Shown here piece after piece: positions 51,284 to 63,537 of a DNA stretch of 64,000 bases. The position numbers were made by a program, and so were the translations under genes. Source of the DNA: Balanoglossus misakiensis (lineage: Eukaryota > Animalia > Hemichordata); contig CM082582.2 of the NCBI GenBank assembly GCA_040954595.2, forward strand, positions 992,001 through 1,056,000. The letters run 5' to 3'. The notes under the pieces are model-generated. The model made no database searches, had not been told where the DNA came from, and was given only the letters and a program-made list of their open reading frames with translations. Position 1 is the first letter of the stretch; each line of letters opens with the position of its first letter.

Positions 51284-54200
51284 GGTTATGGAGAATTTTT
51301 GAAATGTTGATGAACGGAGACTTATTAGAATCAATGAAAACCTACCTTTAACGGTGTTACGGTTACTAAACGTGAGAGACCGCTTGTCTCGTTCATCCGA
51401 TTCTGAGCTTCTAGCTCTTGTGGAGACATGCGGAGGTACAGCGGGTTAACGGTTAGAAAGTGTTGATGAAAGAAATAAGTTTATAGGGCAATCAGGAGTT
51501 AGATTCGAATGTCCGAAAATGAGCTCGAGAAACCGTAGGCGAACGCAACAGACAGCAATTTAAATTTGCATAACTAGAGGTTTGGGTGGAAAGATTTCAG
51601 AATTTAACGCACATATACAGATATTTTGTAGTGGAAATTTGAGTATATTATAAATAGTACATGTAATAAGACTGTGAATTGATTTTATTTACTGACAATT
51701 AAATGAAGTTACCCTTTGAGTATGGGTGTTTATCGAGGGGGGGGGGGTCCAAAAAAATGTTAGAAACTGTTGAAGATGAAACCGGAAAGATGTAGCAAAT
51801 TCGTTAGTTTTCCCTTTTTTGGAAATTATGCTCGAAGCGTGTGATTGGTCAATTAGTCAGAAGGGGATTGGTTGGAAATAGTCGAATATGATTGGGCAAT
51901 AAGTTCGAAGCTGAAATCCCTCAGGCTGTATAAATACGGTGTTTGTGGCGTGTACTAATGGAGTATGGCTGGGGTGTGTTGTGTCGAGCAGTCTAGTATA
52001 TCATTTGTGGGGCATTGAATATTTAGAACAAAGTTCTCTATGTCGGACTTCCTAACATATACTCGATCGTTGATAACAAAACGAGCAGATATTTTTGTGC
52101 AAATAGTGTGCGCAAAACAACAACTGAACATGAAGACAACAAGATAGTACTGCGTGCGGTGCGACTCGGTTGTAAGCGTCAAGTCAAAAACTGCAAAGAC
52201 ATGCAACAGGTGTAAATATAGTCGACTGAAATGCTGAAAAACCATGAATATCGATTGGCTCAAAGTGATGGGAATCGGCTCAACTTACCGGAGGGAATTG
52301 GTACATTATATAACGAGTAAACTAGAACGAAAGAAATCCCAGCGTGAACACTGGAAATTGTTCATAAATTAATATTTATACATGTATGTGTATATTGCGT
52401 AACCTTCGAAAATTCGAATATCATTAGCACTTGGCCTAAAAAGTTGTGCATTGCGAGTGGGACACTGGGCAATTATTTTTATGGGCCGCCATCGCTATGC
52501 AGTTTAGATGTAGTATTTTACTCAACTTTTACCGGCAAGTGAGTGATTTGCTTTCAGAAGGTAATGAGACGGAAATAAACTTATGCAATCAGAGTTAATT
52601 ATTCGTGAGAAAACAAACTTTTGTACTAGATTTATTGTAATTTTTCAGTGTATACTCCTGGCCTTCGCAGGACTTTCATTTTTTACCCGGTTTGTGTGTT
52701 TTCGGGTTACCCATGGGCACTCTCTACCTGTTTTAAAACTCTGAACAAGTCGATGTCACGTGTATCATTTTATGTACGACGTACATCATTATAATAATGC
52801 TATAGTGAAGTTTTTAAAAAGGAAATATTGTTTTAGTGTTATTCTCTTCGTTTTTTTTATGACTGAAATATGCTTGTGCTTGATGGAAAAACCGGATTCA
52901 ACCTTAGCTTAATATATGCATTATCGTTCGCAACTGACGTCATATAATGTAGCAATTTCCCTCCGGTTAAATTGAACCAATCGGCATTCCGGTTTTTCCA
53001 CCATTTCACTCGAATATCTAACTCCAGGATCCTGATTGGCCTATGTAATTAATCATTCCTTTCATCAACACTTCCTAACCGTTAACCCGCTGTACCTCCG
53101 CATGTCTCCACAAGAGCTAGGAGCTCAGAATCGGTCGGACGCAGACCAGCGGTCTGTCAGGTGTAGTAACCCTAACACCGTTAAAGGTAGGTTTTCATTT
53201 ATTCTATTATAAGTCTCCGTTCATCAACATTTCAAAGATTCTCAATAATGCAGTAGTTGCCACTGTACTTCAATGAAATATTTCCTTTCAAACTTGCAAA
53301 TGGTAACCGAATCTCAAATCGCAAATCTTACCATTTTTAATAACGAAGTCGGATGGTTATGGAGAATTTTTGAAATGTTGATGAACGGAGACTTATTAGA
53401 ATCAATGAAAACCTACCTTTAACGGTGTTACGGTTACTAAACGTGAGAGACCGCTTGTCTCGTTCATCCGATTCTGAGCTCCTAGCTCTTGTGGAGACAT
53501 GCGGAGGTACAGCGGGTTAACGGTTAGAAAGTGTTGATGAAAGAAATAAGTTTATAGGCCAATCAGGAGTTAGATTCGAATGTCCGAAAATGAGAAACCG
53601 TAGGCGAACGCAACAGACAGCAATTTAAATTTGCATAACTAGAGGTTTGGGTGGAAAGATTTCAGAATTTAACGCACATATACAGATATTTTGTAGTGGA
53701 AATTTGAGTATATTATAAATAGTACATGTAATAAGACTGTGAATTGATTTTATTTACTGACAATTAAATGAAGTTACCCTTTGAGTATGGGTGTTTATCG
53801 AGGGGGGGGGGGTCCAAAAAATGTTAGAAACTGTTGAAGATGAAACCGGAAAGATGTAGCAAATTCGTTAGTTTTCCCTTTTTTGGAAATTATGCTCGAA
53901 GCGTGTGATTGGTCAATTAGTCAGAAGGGGATTGGTTGGAAATAGTCGAATATGATTGGGCAATAAGTTCGAAGCTGAAATCCCTCAGGCTGTATAAATA
54001 CGGTGTTTGTGGCGTGTACTAATGGAGTATGGCTGGGGTGTGTTGTGTCGAGCAGTCTAGTACATCATTTGTGGGGCATTGAATATTTAGAACAAAGTTC
54101 TCTATGTCGGACTTCCTAACATATACTCGATCGTTGATAACAAAACGAGCAGATATTTTTGTGCAAATAGTGTGCGCAAAACAACAACTAAACATGAAGA

Positions 54201-55417
54201 CAACAAGATAGTACTGCGTGCGGTGCGACTCGGTTGTAAGCGTCAAGTCAAAAACTGCAAATACATGCAACAGGTGTAAATATAGTCGACTGAAATGCTG
54301 AAAAACCATGAATATCGATTGGCTCAAAGTGATGGGAATCGGCTCAACTTACCGGAGGGAATTGGTACATTATATAACGAGTAAACTAGAACGAAAGAAA
54401 TCCCAGCGTGAACACTGGAAATTGTTCGTAAATTAATATTTATACATGTATGTGTATATTGCGTAACCTTCGAAAATTCGAATATCATTAGCACTTGGCC
54501 TAAAAAGTTGTGCATTGCGAGTGGGACACTGGGCAATTATTTTTATGGGCCGCCATCGCTATGCAGTTTAGATGTAGTATTTTACTCAACTTTTACCGGC
54601 AAGTGAGTGATTTGCTTTCAGAAGGTAATGAGACGGAAATAAACTTATGCAATCAGAGTTAATTATTCGTGAGGATACAAACTTTTGTACTAGATTTATT
54701 GTAATTTTTCAGTGTATACTCCTGGCCTTCGCAGGACTTTCATTTTTTACCCGGTTTGTGTGTTTTCGGGTTACCTATGGGCACTCTCTACCTGTTTTAA
54801 AACTCTGAACAAGTCGATGTCACGTGTATCATTTTATGTAGGACGTACATCATTATAATAATGCTATAGTGAAGTTTTTAAAAAGGAAATATTTTTTTAG
54901 TGTTATTCTCTTCGTTTTTTTTATGACTGAAATATGCTTGTGCTTGATGGAAAAACCGGATTCAACCTTAGCTTAATATATGCATTATCGTTCGCAACTG
55001 ACGTCATATAATGTAGCAATTTCCCTCCGGTTAAATTGAACCAATCGGCATTCCCGTTTTTCCACCATTTCACTCGAATATCTAACTCCAGGATCCTGAT
55101 TGGCCTATGTAATTAATCATTCCTTTCATCAACACTTCCTAACCGTTAACCCGCTGTACCTCCGCATGTCTCCACAAGAGCTAGGAGCTCAGAATCGGTC
55201 GGACGCAGACCAGCGGTCTGTCAGGTGTAGTAACCCTAACACCGTTAAAGGTAGGTTTTCATTTATTCTATTATAAGTCTCCGTTCATCAACATTTCAAA
55301 GATTCTCAATAATGCAGTAGTTGCCACTGTACTTCAATGAAATATTTCCTTTCAAACTTGCAAATACTACTTGAACCGAATCGCAAACCTTTCCATTTTT
55401 AATAACGAAGTCGGATG
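51284..55417 (+). repeat. Near-identical ~2.07 kb tandem duplication (51284-53354, 53355-55417), each unit bounded by inverted repeats
   Basis: ggttatggagaatttttg at 51284 and 53355; the two 102-aa ORF translations differ by 1 residue; 51180-51500 pairs with 53035-53354 and 55095-55417. Confidence 0.95.
51842..51936 (+). promoter_or_regulatory. Three reverse CCAAT boxes followed by TATAAATA (duplicated at ~53905-54000)
   Basis: gATTGGtc, gATTGGtt, gATTGGg, then gTATAAATA. Confidence 0.55.
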
Positions 55418-55509
55418 CCGAAATTACCAACTCACTTTTTTTATCGGATTCCATCATTCTAATACTTTACTTCAATGTTCAAAAATTGTGTAAAACAATA
55501 TCCACTTTC

Positions 55510-56895
55510 AATCTATATTTCAGGTTTAACGGCTATTTGTGCAACATTTGACAGTACTCACATCATGGACTTTTCCTACAACGCACACCCTCTTCTTCTG
55601 TGGAGATATCTCGACTTCTGATATCATTATTTGTGGCGGATGATACAATTCTGTTACAAATTTTTCAGGTATATCCATCGCTTTTCGCCCGCAAGGTATG
55701 ATCTGGAAAAAAGTTTGGCGTAGTCTGTAAGTTGTGTGACTGAATCCGTAAAGGTGGCATTTGGAGGAAAAATTTTGAGCATTTTTATCAGTAATCTAGT
55801 TTGTTTAAAATATTGGAACGCGATCAAAAATAAATGCGACTTGTAAACGAGTGCCGCGTTTGAATCGGTATTGACGATAAACATCGGTAATCGGCGATGA
55901 AATCAATGGATTTTCAATGTACGTGATCGCATGGAGGCTGCCATATTGGATTACATCCGAAGACCTTCCGATAAGTTTCGGGGTGCGATTATAACATACC
56001 TTTGCTCTTTCATAGAGGCAAATGGTATTATATCTTCCAGTGGAAAAGTTGCGGAGCTGTATGTATTCTCTCTTCTGTTATCTGTTCAGCTATTTCGGAT
56101 TTTCTTTCCAGAATTTAAGTTCCAGAACGTTGCCATCCTGCTGCATACAAGGCACGCTAAACAGTTTGCCATTGGCTGAATTCCGGATCTAGACTGTATC
56201 CTCAATGAGGCACAATTTCACTGCCACTCCTTGGCTGCATGGTTGCAGATGATGGAGCTAAGGTACGTAACAATCGCACCCCGAAACGCCTGGGCCCTTT
56301 TTTGTGTGTAGTCATTGTGGGTATGTTAACCTCCCATGTCCTACATTTTTAGAAATTTAGTATACAAAATTGGATGACCGATTATGTTTTAGAGACCTTT
56401 CCCGAATCCACCTGAAGCCCAGTCGGAATGTCTTGGGATGTAACCTAAATTCAATATGGCCGCCTCCATGCGTTCACTTGCATTAAAAAAAACGTTGATT
56501 TTATCTCCGAGTGGCGGTGTTTATCGTCAGTACCAATTGAAACGCGGCACTCGCTTACAGGTCGCATTTTTATTTTTGAGCGCGTTCTAATATTCTAGAA
56601 AGAAAAAAATGATAGTTTCGAGTACGGATTACATGTATTTTAAAACGAGGTTTGGTCACAATGGTATCACTACTAAATGACTTACAATCGATGTTTTTAA
56701 TTGTCTTTGCACCACAGTATGAATCATGTGATGGTAAATCGCATTCAACTTAGAAGGCGTGGAGTAGGTGCAACTGATGGTAACTGGGATACCAAACTGA
56801 AACTTTTGGGAGAGAAAACCTTGCCATGCATGGACGTGGTTGGCACAGTTAAACTTGGGTTAAATACTACAGCGACAACTGAAGTCCCGGTGAGA
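55510..56895 (+). pseudogene. Rearranged, decayed inverted paralog of the OB-fold gene
   Basis: Acceptor atttcag|gtttaacggc (55522). Exon-1 body is flipped (55975-56240) and the donor aag|gtacgt is at 56262. Exon-2 copy ccacag|tatgaatca...LLGEKTL...VGTVKLG/LNTTATTEV is at 56718-56889. Confidence 0.75.
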
Positions 56896-57197
56896 TATTA
56901 TAAAAAACAGTATAGAAAACATTTTCCAATTTCCGAAAAGTAGCCGTTTTTTAAACTTTTTTCAAGGAAATTAGTGTTTTGTTCACAGTACAATATATTT
57001 CGATATTTTTCTATGATTATTTTCAAGATGTTTGCGAGTGTGCAGAAAGAAAATAATAAACTGTGAAATTTCCATAGAAATAATGAAGGAGCCATCTTTG
57101 GGTTGTATGGATTTGAATATTTCATTGAAAAAAAACTAATAATTAAATTATGAATTCAATTAATAGTACAATTTGCAAAAATTGCTAGTCACTCCAG

Positions 57198-57767
57198 AAG
57201 GGTCAGTGTCTGGAAATTTCCAGACACTCAGGGAATGTGAGAGCATGGAAATTTCCAAGCACTGACAAGGGTCAGTGGTCGGAAATTTCCGGACACTCAG
57301 GGATTGTGAGAGCCTGGAAATTTCCATGCACTGACAAGGGTCAGTGGTCGGAAATTTCCAGACACTCAGGGAATGTGAGAGCCTGGAAATTTCCAAGCAC
57401 TGACAAGGGTCAGTGGTCGGAAATTTCCGGACACTCAGGGAATGTGAGAGCCTGGAAATTTCCAAGCACTGACAAGGGTCAGTGGTCGGAAATTTCCAGA
57501 CACTCAGGGAATGTGAGAGCCTGGAAATTTCCAAGCACTGACAAGGGTCAGTGGTCGGAAATTTCCAGACACTCAGGGAATGTGAGAGCTTAGAAATTTC
57601 CAAGCACTGACAAGGGTCAGTGGTCGGAAATTTCCAGACACTCAGGGAATGTGAGAGCCTAGAAATTTCCAAGCACTGACAGGGTCAGTGGTCGGAAATT
57701 TCCAGACACTCGGGGAATGTGAGAGCCTGGAAATTTCCAAGCATTGACAGGGTCAGTGCTTGGAAAT
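57198..57767 (-). repeat. 69-bp tandem array (~8 copies)
   Basis: Unit aagggtcagtggtcggaaatttccagacactcagggaatgtgagagcctggaaatttccaagcactgac; 23-aa periodic ORFs. Confidence 0.95.
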
Positions 57768-57769
57768 CT

Positions 57770-58000
57770 TGAGTTTCTCTATCATGTTTCAAATTATGGC
57801 CTTTAGGAAAACGATCTGTTGAGGAACTGCGCCTGTGTTTATATCTTCAACCCTACGGATGAGATTGGTCATTTGACTGCGGTGACCTCTTCTGCTGTTC
57901 TTCTCTCTCTCCATGCCCGACATCCTGGTCTCGGCACCAACAAATGTACCGCGTACACTTGGGAATAGGTTCGGAATGAAGAGAGAGGGGCGGGATGGCC
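57770..58000 (-). mobile_element. BEL/Pao LTR retrotransposon 5' fragment (LTR end, PBS, gag start)
   Basis: ...ggtaCA-tttgt-TGGTGCCGAGACCAGGAT(G) is a tRNA-His-like PBS at 57939-57922, followed by MSGMEREKNSRRGHRSQMTNLIRRVE, which resembles a BEL gag N-terminus. Confidence 0.6.
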
Positions 58001-58217
58001 AATACTTCTTTATAAACAGTGGTTTGAACTGTGACATTTGGTAACACTGCATAATTCAAGAACAATAGCATTTGGTAGTTGTGAAGTTGTGACTTTGTAT
58101 ACAGAGTAGAAAGAACAATTATGTCAGATAAACAATACCAATTCCCAATAAACAACTAGTGTATGGGCTAACTCAGAGGAGTTGGTAGGCGAAGCCTGTC
58201 ATGAACATTGTGACGCT

Positions 58218-58611
58218 AAGGCTCCTTAGACAAACCTGTTGCGTCTGCGGTCCAGATCCGTACCAGAGCTTTTCGCTGAAATTAGATTTTATCGGGAGAA
58301 TATCCTTTCCCTGTCTACTAACCGGTTATAACCGACTCCACGATTGACTTCTTCTAACATCCGAACCGCTCGCTTTCTGAAACTTTTGTGTTTACCCATT
58401 GAGATAACCTCACTGTATTCAATATGGCGATCTCAACAGGTAAACACAAGAGAAAATCAGAAAGCGAGCGGCTCGGAAGTTAATTACATCATATTTGGAG
58501 TCATTTGTGGGTAGACGGGGGAAAGATTCCCCCCGATAAAATCGAATCTCGGCCGAAAAGCTGCTGTCCGGATCCGGATCTCAGACGAATCAGTTTTGTC
58601 CATGGAGCCTT
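58218..58611. mobile_element. Imperfect hairpin MITE
   Basis: aaggctcc/ggagcctt, gattttatcggg/cccgataaaatc and ccgctcgctttctga/tcagaaagcgagcgg pair in mirror order. Confidence 0.7.
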
Positions 58612-58678
58612 GCAGAGATGTGGTGGAAGTCATGTATTAAACTCCGGGAGAACGCAGACATGTACGGAGGACTACCAC

Positions 58679-59475
58679 GACCCTGTCAGTGCTTGGAAAT
58701 TTCAAGGCTCTCACATTCCCTGAGTGTCTGGAAATTTCCGACCACTGACCCTTGTCAGTGCTTGGAAATTTCTAAGCTCTCACATTCCCTGAGTGTCTGG
58801 AAATTTCCGACCACTGACCCTTGTCAGTGCTTGGAAATTTCTAAGCTCTCACATTCCCTGAGTGTCTGGAAATTTCCGACCACTGACCCTTGTCAGTGCT
58901 TGGAAATTTCCAGGCTCTCACATTCCCTGAGTGTCCGGAAATTTCCGACCACTGACCCTTGTCAGTGCTTGGAAATTTCTAAGCTCTCACATTCCCTGAG
59001 TGTCTGGAAATTTCCGACCACTGACCCTTGTCAGTGCTTGGAAATTTCCAGGCTCTCACATTCCCTGAGTGTCTGGAAATTTCCGACCACTGACCCTTGT
59101 CAGTGCTTGGAAATTTCCAGGCTCTCACATTCCCTGAGTGTCTGGAAATTTCCGACCACTGACCCTTGTCAGTGCTTGGAAATTTCTAAGCTCTCACATT
59201 CCCTGAGTGTCTGGAAATTTCCGACCACTGACCCTTGTCAGTGCTTGGAAATTTCTAAGCTCTCACATTCCCTGAGTGTCTGGAAATTTCCGACCACTGA
59301 CCCTTGTCAGTGCTTGGAAATTTCTAAGCTCTCACATTCCCTGAGTGTCTGGAAATTTCCGACCACTGACCCTTGTTAGTGCTTGGAAATTTCCAGGCTC
59401 TCACATTCCCTGAGTGTCTGGAAATTTCCGACCACTGACCCTTGTCAGTGCTTGGAAATTTCCAAGCTCTCACAT
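58679..59475 (+). repeat. 69-bp tandem array (~11.5 copies), inverted relative to 57198-57767
   Basis: Reverse complement of the same unit. Confidence 0.95.
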
Positions 59476-61604
59476 GCCGCTGACTCTTTTCCAAGTATTT
59501 CAGCTGCAAAATATGGATTTGTCAATTAGCAGTGCTTATTTCCTAAAATTCATACGAAATCCAACGGATTTGTGTGATACGGATATTAATCTAACAATTC
59601 TTGTAATAAATATTGGGTTTCAGATTTACTTTTTGATGCTATTGTTTTTTCTGGCGAAATTTTACAAACAATTCACACACTTGCAAATTTTCAATAGAAA
59701 TATTACTCATGATAAACATGGAGACAAAATTTCATTAGAAAAAAATCAAAAGGACTGTCATGTACGTGGCTTTGAAGGAGACTCAGTTTTTTCACAGATA
59801 AATTTTAATTTGAGTTTAAAGCCAAAATATGACAAAATGCATTTTTCCTGCTGTACAGCTGCAGGAAAGAGACTAAGAATACCTTTATGTAATTTTTTCA
59901 TTAGAAATTGGCAAAGAATAAGGAATATTTTCATAAATTTCTAACTTTTTCAGCAGTAATAATGTAAAAAAGAGGTTTTTCGGAAATTGGAAAATGTTTT
60001 CTATACTGTTAAAATACTCTTACATCATAAAATTGAAATCCTACATGTCAATAATTTCATATTTTCACTAATGTTTAGCAAAAAACAACTGCTCTCAACA
60101 AACCTTACCCCTCCCCCTCTTGTATTGTCAGTGCTTTGTAATCTATCAGTAACAATCCATTTTTTTCTCTCAAGGTGTTAAAACAACCTATAGCTACTGG
60201 TGATGACATGATACCGTCCATGGGGTGTTGGAGGTAATACACTTTGTAAGTATTAACCAGTCAGGACGTAAGTGGGGTAATTACGGCGGTGAGATCAAAG
60301 AGATCTATTTGAATGTGAAAGTCGCTGAGTGGCAGTTACGGCCAGTTCGAAAAATTTTCAAACGGAGATTTTCGGTACTACAAGTGATCGTAGTGCACCC
60401 ATTTTTCTAAGACGTGTATGAAACACCATAGTCAATGATAGGATGATTTTTCGTGAAGTTTTAACGACGCTTTCCCGAGAAAGACAGTTTCGGTATGTTG
60501 GTTTAAATTGTGGTCCTTGACTCTCGGCAAAGATTTCTTGTCTTGAAAAAAATTGGGTAGGTTAGGAAGATATTGAACTAAGTTACCGTGAAATTATAAT
60601 AGTGTGAGCCGCTCGGTTGTGGAGTAATGACGGTGTAAAAATTGCCTTCGCCATCGACGAGTACAGCCGTGTTTGCCATATGTGTATGCATTGAAGTAGG
60701 TCAACGCATGTTAACCCATGACGTAATGGCTTCCTTTTCAACGTGTCGTTATCTCTCATTAGCATATTACATACGGAGTCTATACACTATTCACGCTGAC
60801 TGACTTCTCAGGACTGACCTATGGCACAGTAAATTGTGGTCCTTGACTCTCGGCATGGATATATTCATGTCAAAATTATGAATAGAGGAGTTTAATAATG
60901 TTTCTAAAACCTGAGGGGGTTAATTTTTGTGTGGGTATGGCTGATATTTTTTTTTTTGTAACTTCAAGGTCACTTTGAATTTCGAGATCACAATTTTGTC
61001 AGTGGAAGTAAAGAAATTCTTCTCGATAAAACTTCATGAAAAATCACATGTAGTACACTCATAGTACCAGTAATGTGCCTGGGGTGAAATAATTGTCAGA
61101 AATGGGTTGCTAGTTGCTTAACTTTCGTTGTGAAAAAAGTTGAAAAACTGTATGCAAATGAGCAATTCAAACGTTACTGGCCAGTTCAATTGTTTGCATT
61201 GCATGATCCCCTGCTGTTTAATTATCCCACTTACATCCTGACTGTAACTGCAGTAGTTGCTTACATCAGACTCCCACTATCTGCATGCAAGTTGTGGATG
61301 GATTTGCAGAGAGAGAGGCTAGTACACGGCACTCATGTGGACCTGCACTACCACATTTCTATTCAACATCAGGTCTCTGAGTAAAAAGATGGCCATGTAA
61401 ATTTTCTCTAAGTTTGTTAGAGAAATAAAGTACAACTTTAGTGTTTCACTAATTGAGTTTCAGTGTTCTTGTATTGTCTCGTTTGCCCCATGCCAACCTC
61501 AAAGTAAACGTCAAATTTGCCATTTTTGACTTATTTGTCCTTGTAGTGGGCCACATAGCATTTTAGTGCAACTTATGAAAATCTGAAGAACCAAATGCCT
61601 AATT

Positions 61605-63537
61605 TACCCACTCTGCACAGATTTATTTCAATGGTACAGACTTGATGATCAGTATAGCGCCCTCTGTGGTAGTATTTGGGGGGGGGGTAACCTAGCCTTT
61701 GTATGTTTATCCCTGTCCGGTTCCATTCCACTTGTATCTATGGTAACCTAATTATCAGCAGTAAAGGCCACAGCTTTGAAACAGTTTTAATATCAAGCAC
61801 TCTGAATTACACGGCCATTCTCATTGGTGCATATAGTGTAGTCACGTTGTATTTTACTGCAACTGGTGAAAGTCTCCTAAAAAACCAAATGTGTCTTTAC
61901 CCACTGTGCACAGAGTATTTGAATGATACTCAGTTGATGGTCATATAGTATAGCGCCCTCTGTGGTAGTATTTTGATTATGGAGGTGGGGTTAAATCTTG
62001 TCTTTGCATATGTTTATCCCTGTCATGTTGCATTGGGCTTGTATCTATGGTAACCTAATTATCAGCAGTAAAGGCCACAACTATGAAACAGTTTTAATAT
62101 CAAGCACTCTCTGAATTACATGGCCATTCTCACTGGTGTATATAGTGTAGTCACGTTGTATTTTACTACAACTGATGAAAGTCTCCTAAAAAACCAAATG
62201 TGTCTTTACCCACTGTGCACAGAGTATTTGAATGATACTCAGTTGATGGTCATATAGTATAGCGCCCTCTGTGGTAGTATTTTGATTATGGAGGTGGGGT
62301 TTAATCTTGTCTTTGCATATGTTTATCCCTGTCATGTTGCATTGGGCTTGTATCTATGGTAACCTAATTATCAGCAGTAAAGGCCACAACTATGAAACAG
62401 TTTTAATATCAAGCACTCTCTGAATTACATGGCCATTCTCATTGGTGTATATAGTGTAGTCACGTTGTATTTTACTACAACTGATGAAAGTCTCCTAAAA
62501 AACCAAATGTGTCTTTACCCACTGTGCACAGAGTATTTGAATGAGTAGTATTTGAATGATACTCAGTTGATGGTCATATAGTATAGCGCCCTCTGTGGTA
62601 GTACTTTGATTATGGAGGTGGGGTTAAATCTTGTCTTTGCATATGTTTATCCCTGTCATGTTGCATTGGGCTTGTATCTATGGTAACCTAATTATCAGCA
62701 GTAAAGGCCACAACTATGAAACAGTTTTAATATCAAGCACTCTCTGAATTACATGGCCATTCTCATTGGTGTATATAGTGTAGTCACGTTGTATTTTACT
62801 ACAACTGATGAAAGTCTCCTAAAAAACCAAATGTGTCTTTACCCACTGTGCACAGAGTATTTGAATGATACTCAGTTGATGGTCATATAGTATAGCGCCC
62901 TCTGTGGTAGTATTTTTATTATGGAGGTGGGGTTTAATCTTGTCTTTGCATATGTTTATCCCTGTCATGTTGCATTGGGCTTGTATCTATGGTAACCTAA
63001 TTATCAGCAGTAAAGGCCACAACTATGAAACAGTTTTAATATCAAGCACTCTCTGAATTACATGGCCATTCTCATTGGTGTATATAGTGTAGTCACGTTG
63101 TATTTTACTGCAACTGATGAAAGTCTCCTAAAAAAAACAAATAAGTCTTTACCCACTGTGCACAGAGTATTTGAATGATACTCAGTTGATGGTCATATAG
63201 TATAGCGCCCTCTGTGGTATGATTTTGATTATGGAGGTGGGGTTTAATCTTGTCTTTGCATATGTTTATCCCTGTCATGTTGCATTGGGCTTGTATCTAT
63301 GGTAACCTAATTATCAGCAGTAAAGGCCACAACTATGAAACAGTTTTAATATCAAGCACTCTCTGAATTACATGGCCATTCTCATTGGTGTATATAGTGT
63401 AGTCACGTTGTATTTTACTACAACTGATGAAAGTCTCCTAAAAAACCAAATGTGTGTTTACCCACTGTGCACAGAGTATTTGAATGATACTCAGTTGATG
63501 GTCATATAGTATAGCACCCTCTGTGGTAGTATTTTGG
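61605..63537 (+). repeat. 309-bp tandem satellite, ~6.3 copies
   Basis: tagcgccctctgtggta at 61655, 61951, 62260, 62584, 62893 and 63203, with a variant at 63512. Confidence 0.95.

Noticed and set aside
51955-52263. 102-aa ORF present twice (also 54019-54327)
   Set aside because: Identity reflects the recent tandem duplication, not selection. The promoter motifs point to the opposite strand.
58618-59379. 253-aa Cys-rich repeat protein (also 57160-57672 and 57237-57593)
   Set aside because: These ORFs arise because the 69-bp unit is a multiple of 3 and stop-free on both strands. There is no signal peptide or splice support.
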